Positions 1 through 8,803 of a stretch of DNA of 64,000 bases are shown here, in pieces. The stretch's first letter is position 1, and every line of letters begins with the position of its first letter. Below the pieces are notes generated by a model. It was not told the DNA's origin and made no database searches. It was given only the letters and a program-made list of their open reading frames with translations. Position numbers and translations under genes: made by a program. This stretch comes from Chromatiales bacterium (GTDB lineage Bacteria; Pseudomonadota; Gammaproteobacteria; CAMYNG01), in NCBI GenBank assembly GCA_027005735.1, contig JALTLF010000085.1, positions 1,927 to 65,926 of the forward strand, written 5' to 3'.

Positions 1-1156
1 ACCGCCCCTGCGCGAACTCGCCCGTGGCAAGCAGCGCCCCTGCATCATCGTCGATGACCTGTCACGTCCGACACCTGTCTACCGCCTCATACCGGCGGTA
101 CTGGATCATCTTGCCGATGCCGGCATCCCGGCGGAACAGGTAAAGATCGTCGTTGGCACCGGTACCCATGGCCACCAGGACGAGGCCGGCCTGCGCAGCA
201 AGCTGGGCGACATGGCCATGGACCAGTGCACGGTCCAGGTACACAACGATCTCGAGAACGTGAAAAAGATCGGCAAGACGTCCTTCGGCACACCGATCTT
301 CGTCAATCGCGAGGTGCTCGACAGCGATCTCCTCATCGGTATCGGCGGCGTCTATCCGCAGAACACCACCGGTTTTGGCGGCGGCGGCAAGCTGGCCCTG
401 GGGGTCCTCGGCCGCCGCTCCATCATGGGCATGCACTATCGTCACCCGTCCATGGAGGGCAGGTACATCACCGATAACGAATTCCGGCGCGAAGTCACCG
501 AGATGGCGCAGAGGATGGGCCTGAAAACCATCTTTACCCTGCACGTCAACGCCCGCATGGAAGTGGTCAGCCTCATGTGCGGCGACTATCTGCAATACTA
601 TGACGAGGCTGCGGCCTTCTCCCGTGACCGCTACATGACCGAGCCGGCGAAGGATGCCGACGTCGTCATCGCCAATGCCTACCCGCTGGACACCTCGATT
701 ACCTTCATGCGCAAGGGCTACAAGCCGCTGGCCGCCGCGCCACGATCCTGCATGAAGATCATGGTCGCCGCGGCCTTCGAGGGCACCGGCATGCACGGCC
801 TGTTTCGTTACGCCAAGCCGCCGCCCTTCAATCACCTGCGGGTCGCCTACCGCAAACTACGGATTCTCGGGCCGGGGACCATCGCGAAGAAGATCGCCAG
901 GCGCATCGGGCGCAAGCTGGGGCTCATCTCCGCGCCGCCAGTGATGGAGAACAGGGTCAGCCAGATCCCGGACAACAGCGATCACCTGTGGCTGTATCGT
1001 ACGGTCAAAAACGATGCCGACATGCCGGACATTGCCGACATGACGGTGCTCTATGACTGGGATGACGTGATCACCGCGATCCGTCAGGAGCGCGGCGATG
1101 GCCCCCTCAAGGTCAGCCTTTATCCCTGTGCTCCCCTGCAAACCCTGGATTTCTGA
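1..1156 (+). CDS. larA: LarA-family (DUF2088) nickel-pincer-cofactor-dependent 2-hydroxyacid racemase/epimerase homolog; 5' end lies outside the window
   Basis: Frame 2 is open from position 2 with no stop before 1156 (PPLRELARGKQRPCIIVDDLSRPTP...KIVVGTGTHGHQDE...). It resembles the LarA N-terminal domain (DITRPxP-like and GTHG/R motifs). It is followed by larC, larE and larB. Confidence 0.6.
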   Translation, partial: PPLRELARGKQRPCIIVDDLSRPTPVYRLIPAVLDHLADAGIPAEQVKIVVGTGTHGHQDEAGLRSKLGDMAMDQCTVQVHNDLENVKKIGKTSFGTPIFVNREVLDSDLLIGIGGVYPQNTTGFGGGGKLALGVLGRRSIMGMHYRHPSMEGRYITDNEFRREVTEMAQRMGLKTIFTLHVNARMEVVSLMCGDYLQYYDEAAAFSRDRYMTEPAKDADVVIANAYPLDTSITFMRKGYKPLAAAPRSCMKIMVAAAFEGTGMHGLFRYAKPPPFNHLRVAYRKLRILGPGTIAKKIARRIGRKLGLISAPPVMENRVSQIPDNSDHLWLYRTVKNDADMPDIADMTVLYDWDDVITAIRQERGDGPLKVSLYPCAPLQTLDF

Positions 1157-1183
1157 CAACAACAAGCTTCTGTGAGGTTAATT

Positions 1184-2290
1184 ATGGCCGCAGGCAAACA
1201 CAAGGCAGGCGCCGGCCTGAAAATGTTGACACTGTATTTTCGCATCCGCGGGATCCTGCGCCGCTTGCTGGGCCGTGAAAAGACGGTCTATGTATGGCGC
1301 CGCAACGACGAGTACCGGGAGATGTGGGCGGAAGCCGCGAGAGAGATCGGCGCCGAGTTTCACGAACTGACCGGCGATATCTGGGAAATTCGCCACCAGG
1401 GAAAATTCACCCGCATCGCGGGCTGGCTCGTGGAACTGGACAATCCGGTGGTCCTGCGCGTCGCGGGAAACAAGATCCTCAGTTACAGGCTGCTTGCCGA
1501 GGCCGGACTGCCCGTGCCGCCCCACCTGGTATTCCGCCTGCACCAGCTGGACAGGATGGCCGGCTTCATGGAAGAACACAAGGGACGCATGTTCGTGATC
1601 AAACCCGCCACCGGTACCTCCTCGGGGCGTGGCGTCACCACCCACATTCGCACTTACCGGGAGGCCCGCCGTGCCGCCGCCCTGGCGGCAGGCTATGGTG
1701 GCGACCTCCTGATTGAGACCCTCATTCCGGGCGAGGTGTGTCGCCTGCTCTATCTCGATGGTGAGCTGCTCTACGCCTCCCGCCGGCGCGGCCTGCGCCT
1801 GAGCGGCGATGGCAGGGCCACCATCAGGGAGCTGTTGTCCACCGAGAATGAAAGGCGCCGACAGGATGGCAAACCTGGCTGTCAGGCCGATCTCGATCTC
1901 GAGGCGACGCTTGCCGTTCAGAACCTGACGCTCGATTCCATCCCCGCCGCCGGTGAGTCGGTGCTGGTGAAATCCACGGACACGACCCTCACCGACAACG
2001 AGGAGATCCGCACGGTTTACGATGAAAACATCACTCCGGAGATCGGTGACGCGCTGCGCGAGCAGGGGCGCCTGGCGGCGCGCGCGGTTCGCTCCCGTTT
2101 CGTCGGGGTGGACATGATCACGCGCGATCACCGCCTCACGCTGGAAGAGGCAGGCGGCATCATCGGCGAAGTCAATACCACCCCGGGCATGCACCATCAC
2201 CGCAACCTCGACAATGATGACAAAACCCCATCGGCGGCGGTACGTGTACTAGAATATCTACTCGAACACGGCCATTCCATCGAGCAATAG
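1184..2290 (+). CDS. ATP-grasp family ligase (RimK / cyanophycin-synthetase-like fold)
   Basis: The protein carries an ATP-grasp core (FVIKPATGTSSGRGV...LIETLIPGEVCRLLYLDGELLYASRR). The ATG at 1184 lies 8 nt after a GAGGT Shine-Dalgarno; the listed start at 1172 is a GTG inside that RBS. Confidence 0.6.
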   Translation: MAAGKHKAGAGLKMLTLYFRIRGILRRLLGREKTVYVWRRNDEYREMWAEAAREIGAEFHELTGDIWEIRHQGKFTRIAGWLVELDNPVVLRVAGNKILSYRLLAEAGLPVPPHLVFRLHQLDRMAGFMEEHKGRMFVIKPATGTSSGRGVTTHIRTYREARRAAALAAGYGGDLLIETLIPGEVCRLLYLDGELLYASRRRGLRLSGDGRATIRELLSTENERRRQDGKPGCQADLDLEATLAVQNLTLDSIPAAGESVLVKSTDTTLTDNEEIRTVYDENITPEIGDALREQGRLAARAVRSRFVGVDMITRDHRLTLEEAGGIIGEVNTTPGMHHHRNLDNDDKTPSAAVRVLEYLLEHGHSIEQ

Positions 2291-2311
2291 CCAGCCACGC
2301 GGTCACCACTG

Positions 2312-3520
2312 ATGTCCAGGAAAACGCTTGTTCACCTGCAGCCCCTCGGCGGCATCGCCGGCGACATGTTCATCGCCGCCCTGCTGGATGCCTTTCCCCG
2401 GCACCACCAGGGCCTCGTCGATGCCATTCGCGCCAGCGGACTCTCGGCAGAACAGGTTTCCCTCAAGCTTGAAGCCGCCAATGACTGCGGCCTGCAGGGC
2501 GCGCGTTTTCACGTTGCCGCCACGCAGCAGGGCGCGCATCACCACGCCCATTACAGCACCATCCGGCGCCAGTTGAAGGATTCCGGGCTGCCCGCCGGCG
2601 TCAGGGAACACGCACTGGGGATCTTCCAGCTCCTCGCGGAGGCCGAGGCGAAGATCCATGACAGGCCGGTGGACGAGGTGGCCTTTCACGAAGTCGGGGC
2701 ATGGGACTCCATCGCCGATATCGTGGGCGCCGCCTATCTCATCGATGCCCTGGAGGGCGCGCATTGGTACAGCGATCCCCTGCCCCTTGGCCGTGGCAGC
2801 ATCGAGTCCGCCCACGGCACCCTGCCGGTGCCGGCGCCGGCCACGGCGCTGCTGATGGAAGGCATGCCCACCTTCAGTGACAGGCACGCGGGGGAACGCG
2901 TTACCCCCACCGGCGCCGCCATCCTGCGCTACCTCGCCCCCGAGTTCGTATCACCACCGGCCGGCACCCTGCGGGCAAGCGGCATGGGGTTTGGTTCACG
3001 CCGCTTCGAGGGCATGGCCAACCTGCTGCGCGTGCTGGTATTCGATACCGCCACCGAGCTGCAACAGGGCCAGGTGGGCGTCATCGAATTCGAGGTCGAC
3101 GATCAAAGCCCCGAAGAGCTGGCCATCGGCCTCGAGCACCTCCGACAGGAGCCGGCAGTATTCGACGTCCTGCAACAGGCGGTCTATGCCAAGAAGGCTC
3201 GGCTTGCCACCCAGGTAAGGGTGCTGTGTGATCCCCACCACCTCACCGAGGTTGCCGGGGCCTGCTTCCGGCAGACCACTACCCTCGGCGTGCGCTGGCA
3301 ACAGGTCAATCGCCTGACGCTGGAGCGCGAGATGCACGAATACCGCGACGGCGAGGGCAGATCGGTCCGCGTCAAGCATGCCAGACGACCCGGTGGCAAG
3401 ACGGCCAAGGCCGAGATCGACGACGTGCGCGACGGCGCCAGCGCCAGTGAACGCCGCCGGCTTCGTCAGGCGGCGGAGGCCGTCACGCTGGAGAAGGGAG
3501 GCGAGGATGACGCAGGCTGA
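2312..3520 (+). CDS. larC: LarC, nickel insertase for the nickel-pincer nucleotide cofactor (DUF111/UPF0272)
   Basis: The N-terminus LQPLGGIAGDMFIAALLDAF matches the LarC/DUF111 signature, and the length (402 aa) fits. Confidence 0.8.
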   Translation: MSRKTLVHLQPLGGIAGDMFIAALLDAFPRHHQGLVDAIRASGLSAEQVSLKLEAANDCGLQGARFHVAATQQGAHHHAHYSTIRRQLKDSGLPAGVREHALGIFQLLAEAEAKIHDRPVDEVAFHEVGAWDSIADIVGAAYLIDALEGAHWYSDPLPLGRGSIESAHGTLPVPAPATALLMEGMPTFSDRHAGERVTPTGAAILRYLAPEFVSPPAGTLRASGMGFGSRRFEGMANLLRVLVFDTATELQQGQVGVIEFEVDDQSPEELAIGLEHLRQEPAVFDVLQQAVYAKKARLATQVRVLCDPHHLTEVAGACFRQTTTLGVRWQQVNRLTLEREMHEYRDGEGRSVRVKHARRPGGKTAKAEIDDVRDGASASERRRLRQAAEAVTLEKGGEDDAG

Positions 3521-4316
3521 GGCCCACATCGCGGGCTTGCAGGATCGCCTGCGGCGACTGCAACGGGTTGCCATCGCCGTCAGCGGCGGGATCGACAGCC
3601 TGAGCCTCGCCACCCTCGCCCATCGCACCACGGGCGTGCACAGCCAGGTGTTTCATGCCGTCTCCCCCGCCGTACCCCCGCAGGCCACGGCGCGGGTGCG
3701 CGAACTGGCACGCCAGGAGGGCTGGGCGCTGACCGTCATCGATGCCGGCGAGTTCGACGATCCTCGTTACCGCGACAACCCGGTGGATCGCTGCTACTAC
3801 TGCAAGCACGGCCTCTACCGGGCCATCGCGGCACAGACTGATGACACCATCCTCTCCGGCGCCAACCGGGACGATCTCGCCGACTATCGCCCCGGCCTGC
3901 AGGCGGCCGCCGAACATGGCGTGCGCCATCCCTTCGTCGAGGCCGGCTTCGGCAAGGCGGCCATCCGGCAGCTTGCCCGCGAACTCGGCCTCGGCAAGCT
4001 CGCGGAGCTGCCGGCCTCGCCCTGTCTTTCCAGCCGCGTGGAGACGGGGATCCCCATCGATGGCGAGCAGTTGCGCAACATCAATGCGGCGGAACTGCTG
4101 GTGGCCCGGGCGCTTTCGCCACGCACGGTCCGCTGTCGCATCCGCCCGCGCGCGGTGGAGATCCAGCTCGATGCCGAAACCCTCGACGGCCTCGCCCCCC
4201 GGCAGGAGGCGGCCCTGGGCGAGGCCATCGCGCGCCTGTTTGGCCACCCGGCCGACGCGATCCGCTTCCGCCCCTATGCCATGGGCAGCGCCTTCCTGCG
4301 CGAGGGTATGCAATGA
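3507..4316 (+). CDS. larE: LarE, ATP-dependent sulfur transferase (PP-loop ATP pyrophosphatase)
   Basis: PP-loop motif AVSGGIDS. Start at MTQAEAH (ORF 3378 + 43 codons) overlaps the larC stop by 14 nt, and the stop overlaps the larB start (ATGA). Confidence 0.8.
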   Translation: MTQAEAHIAGLQDRLRRLQRVAIAVSGGIDSLSLATLAHRTTGVHSQVFHAVSPAVPPQATARVRELARQEGWALTVIDAGEFDDPRYRDNPVDRCYYCKHGLYRAIAAQTDDTILSGANRDDLADYRPGLQAAAEHGVRHPFVEAGFGKAAIRQLARELGLGKLAELPASPCLSSRVETGIPIDGEQLRNINAAELLVARALSPRTVRCRIRPRAVEIQLDAETLDGLAPRQEAALGEAIARLFGHPADAIRFRPYAMGSAFLREGMQ

Positions 4317-4996
4317 AACCGGGCGATATCCACCTCGACCACCAGCGCCGGCAACGCCTGGGCTTTGACGAGGCCATCTTCTGCGAAGGCAAGACCGTCG
4401 CCCACCTCGGCGAGATCCTGCGCCGCGCGGAGGAAAACGAGGCCAGCCTGTTGTTGACGCGCCTGGCGGAGGAGAAACTGTTTTCCCTGCCGGCTGAACA
4501 ACGAAACCGGATCGACTACGAACCGGTATCGCAAACCGGTTTCTTCGGTGATATTTCCCCGCCTGCTGGAGGCCCGCAGGTCGCCGTCCTGTGCGCCGGC
4601 ACCTCCGACGTGGCCGTGGCACGCGAAGCCGTGCGCACCCTTCACTACTATGGCCATGCGGCGAAAGAAATCTTCGATGTTGGCGTGGCCGGCCTGTGGC
4701 GCCTCACCCAACGCCTCGATGAGATCGCCGATCTGCCGGTGGCCATCACCGTGGCCGGCATGGACGCCGCCCTGCCCAGCGTGGTGGGGGGCCTGTTCCC
4801 CGGCCTGGTGATCGCCGTCCCCACATCGGTGGGTTACGGCGTCGCCAGTGGCGGACAGACCGCGCTGAATGCCATCCTTGCCAGTTGCGCGCCCGGCATC
4901 ACGGTAATGAACATCGACAACGGCTATGGCGCCGCCTGTGCCGCCCTGCGTGTTCTCAACGTCCTTGCCCGCGAGACCGCTCCCCTCACGCGCTGA
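4313..4996 (+). CDS. larB: LarB, PurE-like pyridinium-3,5-biscarboxylic acid mononucleotide synthase
   Basis: PurE/AIR-carboxylase-like C-terminal half (VAVLCAGTSDVAVAREA...ITVAGMDAALPSVVGGL...VPTSVGYG). The size (227 aa) matches the LarB family. Confidence 0.8.
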   Translation: MKPGDIHLDHQRRQRLGFDEAIFCEGKTVAHLGEILRRAEENEASLLLTRLAEEKLFSLPAEQRNRIDYEPVSQTGFFGDISPPAGGPQVAVLCAGTSDVAVAREAVRTLHYYGHAAKEIFDVGVAGLWRLTQRLDEIADLPVAITVAGMDAALPSVVGGLFPGLVIAVPTSVGYGVASGGQTALNAILASCAPGITVMNIDNGYGAACAALRVLNVLARETAPLTR

Positions 4997-5247
4997 GTCG
5001 CCCGCCCCACTGGACCCCGGTCATTTCCTCCCCCTCGCGGTGGCGCACTTGATCCCGATCAGGATAATCCATGGTAATTAGGCAGGCGCTCATACATCCA
5101 TGCTATAGATAAAACATGGGGAATACATAAGATAGATTTCACAACAGGGAGAGTGGCAACCACCAACCCGTTCTGCCGAAAGTCCTTCAAACCGAAATAC
5201 CACCGACGGACAGTCTCTGCCGGTGCAGGCAACAGGGGAGCCTTGCC

Positions 5248-6126
5248 ATGCAGACAGAACCACAAGCGCGCGGGACAGGCTGGAAGTCCCGTCTCAAGCA
5301 TACCGTGCGCCGCCTCATCCCGCTGTCACTGCGCAAACCTCTGGCAGTCCTGATCAATCACCAACGCTGGCTCGACGCTGACAAGCGTGCCTGGTGGGCG
5401 CGCCAGTTGATTGCCGATTTCGCCGAGCGGGATCGTAATGCCTACCACAAGTTTCTCTGGCGACACCACCTCGACTATGCCGAGACCTACGAGATCGCGC
5501 AACGCTTTGGCTATGAGAACTTCAACGAGACACGCAAGCTCTTTTTCCAGGAATTACCGTCGCGCCTCAGGGACATCGGCGTCGATCCCGCGCGGGACAT
5601 CGACTCGGTCTTCGAGGTGGGCTGCTCCTCGGGCTATCTGCTGCGCTACATGGAAACCAATGTCTTTCCCGCCGCCACCTGTATCCAGGGTAACGACATC
5701 GATGCCTATGCCGTCGATTCCGGCAACCGGCTTCTCAGGGAACTGGGTTCGCGGGTGGAGATCTTCCATGCCGACATGGAGCAGCTCGACGAGCTGTTGC
5801 GCGACCGGCAGTATGATTTCATGCTTGCCGCCGGCGTCCTGCTCTATCTCGACCAGCCCTCCTCCGCACGCCTGGTCAAACTGATGCTGGCGCACACGCG
5901 CAAGATGCTCGCCATTACGGCCCTGGCCCATCCCGAGATGGACAATGCCGAACTCCGGCACTCCGTACCGCGCGAGCGGGACCAGACCTGGATCCACAAT
6001 GTCGATACCATGATCACCACGGCCGGTGGCAGGCTGGTGGCGCGGCGCTGGGAGGGGGGCAAGGTGGTGGACGGCAATACCATCTATTTTCTCTACGCCA
6101 TCCCGCCGTCGGTCAGCATCCACTGA
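5248..6126 (+). CDS. Class I SAM-dependent methyltransferase, unknown substrate
   Basis: Motif I VFEVGCSSGYLL and motif post-I DIDAYAV. GC (~58%) is lower than the flanks, and an AT-rich 250-bp region lies upstream. Confidence 0.6.
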   Translation: MQTEPQARGTGWKSRLKHTVRRLIPLSLRKPLAVLINHQRWLDADKRAWWARQLIADFAERDRNAYHKFLWRHHLDYAETYEIAQRFGYENFNETRKLFFQELPSRLRDIGVDPARDIDSVFEVGCSSGYLLRYMETNVFPAATCIQGNDIDAYAVDSGNRLLRELGSRVEIFHADMEQLDELLRDRQYDFMLAAGVLLYLDQPSSARLVKLMLAHTRKMLAITALAHPEMDNAELRHSVPRERDQTWIHNVDTMITTAGGRLVARRWEGGKVVDGNTIYFLYAIPPSVSIH

Positions 6127-6142
6127 CCGGGGGCCCCGGGCC

Positions 6143-7927
6143 TCAGGCGGACTCGCAGCGGTTGCGCCCTGCCTGCTTGGCGCGGTAGAGGGCGGCATCG
6201 GCGCGGCGAAACAGGCTCTCCCCGTCGTCCCCCTCGCCACACTGGGTGAGCCCGCAGGAGGCGGTGATGGGCACCGGCTGGTCGCGGTAGTGGAAGTCCA
6301 GCGTGGCGATGATGCCGCGCAGTTCCTCCGCCGTCTCCATGGCATGCTCGAGGGTGGTGTCCGCCAGGATGACGACAAATTCCTCGCCGCCGTAGCGCGC
6401 CACGAGATCCACGCCGCGCAGGCGCGCTGCCAGGGTCTCCGCGAGGATCTTCAGCACCCGGTCGCCGGCCTCGTGACCCCAGGTGTCGTTGACCTGCTTG
6501 AAGTGGTCCACGTCCCAGACCATCAGGCAGAAGGGCGTGCCGTTGCGCGCAAAACGCGCCAGCTCCGCCTGCAGGCGTTCCTCGTAGGCCAGGCGGTTGG
6601 CCATGCCGGTCAGGGGGTCGCGCACCGCCTGCTGGTGGGCCGCCGCCAGTTCGCTGCGCAGGGTCTCGGCCTCGGCCTCGGTCTGTTGCAGTTTCTCGGT
6701 GAGTGCCGCGATGGTGGCCGCCGCCGAGCCGAGATCCTCCGCCTGGGAATCGCGGAAGGCGGACAGGTGGCGGCGAATGGCCTGCACGCGCGCGGCAACG
6801 GCGCGCTTTATCGCTTCGATATCGGCGCCGCCGAGTTCATCCTCGAGGCCGCCTACTTCGCGGCTGACCGCATCATCGAGTTCCGTATTGCTGGCCTGCA
6901 CGCGATGGTGGATCCGCGAAGTGGCCTGCAGGCCGTCGTCGATTTCACGCAGGCGCAGGGTCAACTGGCCGAGAAAGGCCTCCAGCTCGTTGCGCTCGGC
7001 CTCGAGGCGCAGGCGCATGAGTGCGATGATGTTGGCGGTGGCACTGATGGCCGCGCTGATCCTTGGCCAGTCCACCCGTCCCGCGATGTTGGCCCGCACG
7101 CGGCGGCTCTCCGCCTCCAGGTCTTCCGGCAGGTCGATGCGTTCAATCAGCTGGATGAGGACCTCCGCCGCCAGCGCCATGTCGGCGAGATCGGCCTTGG
7201 CCGAAAAGGCTGCCGCGCCCTCCTCCTGCGCCTCTGCGCCACGCGTGTTCGGCACCGTGGCGGGCGGCGGAGTCGGCGCCGTGACTTCGTCCCCTGCATC
7301 ATCGACCGCCCTGGCGACACCCTCCTGCCGCTCCGCCTGCCGGCCACCGAACAGGCGCGAGAACAGGCCCGGGCGCGCAGGCGGTGCTTCCTCGGCCGGT
7401 GATACCTCCACCGTTGCCGCCGGTGACTCATCCGGGGCCGGCTTCTCCACCGGCGGCACGGCCGTGAACAGGCCCTCGATAAAGCGTGCCACTTCCTCGA
7501 CCAGGCGCGCGTCACTGTAATCGCCCGCCTCATCCAGCTTCCGGCGCGCCCGGCGGATCTCGGCCTGCCTCTCCCGCCCCACGCGGATGGCGCCGAGCAA
7601 CTCGGAGAGCAGGCGGTTACCACTCAGTCCTGCCCCGCGGCCGCCACCCTTTTCGTCCAGGCGGGCGATGGAGGCGGAGATCTCGGCCAGCAGGCGACCC
7701 AGTTGGGCGCCGTCACTGCCCTGGCGCACCGCCTTGCGCAGGGCGTCGAGCTGGCGCGAGAGCACGGCATCCGTGTCGTCGGCCAGCAGGCTCAGGCGCG
7801 ACAGGCCCTGGCGCAGGGTCTTCTCCAGTTGCTGCCACTGTTTTTCGCGTTGCTCGAATTCCTCGAGGGTGTCGAGGTACTTGTCCTTCCAGCGGCGGGC
7901 TTCCCTGTCGTCCTCTTGCCTGGACAT
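6143..7927 (-). CDS. Diguanylate cyclase with a long N-terminal coiled-coil / low-complexity region (DgcP-like)
   Basis: C-terminal GGDEF domain (RDPLTGMANR...RYGGEEFVVIL...RAKQAGRNR). No transmembrane segments. Same relative position as dgcP next to dsbA in Pseudomonas. Confidence 0.8.
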   Translation of the reverse strand: MSRQEDDREARRWKDKYLDTLEEFEQREKQWQQLEKTLRQGLSRLSLLADDTDAVLSRQLDALRKAVRQGSDGAQLGRLLAEISASIARLDEKGGGRGAGLSGNRLLSELLGAIRVGRERQAEIRRARRKLDEAGDYSDARLVEEVARFIEGLFTAVPPVEKPAPDESPAATVEVSPAEEAPPARPGLFSRLFGGRQAERQEGVARAVDDAGDEVTAPTPPPATVPNTRGAEAQEEGAAAFSAKADLADMALAAEVLIQLIERIDLPEDLEAESRRVRANIAGRVDWPRISAAISATANIIALMRLRLEAERNELEAFLGQLTLRLREIDDGLQATSRIHHRVQASNTELDDAVSREVGGLEDELGGADIEAIKRAVAARVQAIRRHLSAFRDSQAEDLGSAAATIAALTEKLQQTEAEAETLRSELAAAHQQAVRDPLTGMANRLAYEERLQAELARFARNGTPFCLMVWDVDHFKQVNDTWGHEAGDRVLKILAETLAARLRGVDLVARYGGEEFVVILADTTLEHAMETAEELRGIIATLDFHYRDQPVPITASCGLTQCGEGDDGESLFRRADAALYRAKQAGRNRCESA

Positions 7928-7941
7928 GCGCGGGCCACCGC

Positions 7942-8793
7942 TCAGGCGTGCACGGACTGCCGTGATAGTGTCAGGCCCGCGGGCAGGCGGATACTCATGG
8001 CGATGGGCAGGTGGTCGGAGTAGGCCTCGAGGGCCGGCACGTGGATTTCCTCCACTTCCAGGTCGGTGGTGACGAGGATGTGGTCGATATGCTTGCGGGG
8101 CCGCCAGCTGGGAAAGGTGTGCACCTCCTCCAGCGGTTCGTGCAGGCGGGTACGACGAAACAGTTCCAGCATCTCACGGCTGTCGGCGGCGGTGTTGAGA
8201 TCCCCCATGACGATGGCGTGGGGGTATTCATTGATGAGCTCGGCCAGGTAGGCGAGCTGGTTCATGCGCGCGCGCTTGCCCAGCGCCAGGTGCAGGACGA
8301 ACACCACCAGCGGATTGGCCTCGCTGCCGAAGCGCGCCATGATGGCGCGCCGCCCGGGGATCATGCCGGGCAGCTTGATGTCGCGTATCTCCGCCGGGCG
8401 GTACTGGCTGAGCAGGCCGTTGCTGTGGCGCGCCAGGTGCCCAAGGTTGCGGTTGACCTGGTGATACCAGTGGGGGAAGCCCGCCAGGTGGGCCATGTAT
8501 TCGGTGAGGTTGATGAAGTTGCTGCGCAGGCTGCCGGCATCCACTTCCTGCAGGCCGACGATATCGTAGCGGTGCAGTTCATGGCACAGCTGATCGAGGT
8601 TGGCGAAGCGCTGGGTATGTGGCAGGAGGTGTTTCCAGCTGTGCAACAGGTAATGATGGGGCCTGGAGCTGCTGATCCCCACCTGCACGTTGTAGCTCAT
8701 GAGGCGCAGCAGCTCGTCTGCCTGCGTTCTGGTGGACAAGCCTCCCTGCATCTGTGTCGTTTCGGTATTCACCCGCGGGCTCGCTTGCGGCAT
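7942..8793 (-). CDS. Endonuclease/exonuclease/phosphatase (EEP) family hydrolase
   Basis: EEP motifs LRLMSYNVQ, DIVGLQEV, GDLN and SDHLPI. The start is ambiguous: GTG at 8826, or ATG at 8793, 8751 or 8700. Confidence 0.65.
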   Translation of the reverse strand: MPQASPRVNTETTQMQGGLSTRTQADELLRLMSYNVQVGISSSRPHHYLLHSWKHLLPHTQRFANLDQLCHELHRYDIVGLQEVDAGSLRSNFINLTEYMAHLAGFPHWYHQVNRNLGHLARHSNGLLSQYRPAEIRDIKLPGMIPGRRAIMARFGSEANPLVVFVLHLALGKRARMNQLAYLAELINEYPHAIVMGDLNTAADSREMLELFRRTRLHEPLEEVHTFPSWRPRKHIDHILVTTDLEVEEIHVPALEAYSDHLPIAMSIRLPAGLTLSRQSVHA

Positions 8794-8803
8794 CTGCGGC
8801 TGT

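Noticed and set aside
5059-5301. 80-aa minus-strand ORF in the AT-rich region upstream of the methyltransferase
   Set aside because: No RBS, no domain, atypical composition. It is more likely promoter or UTR sequence.
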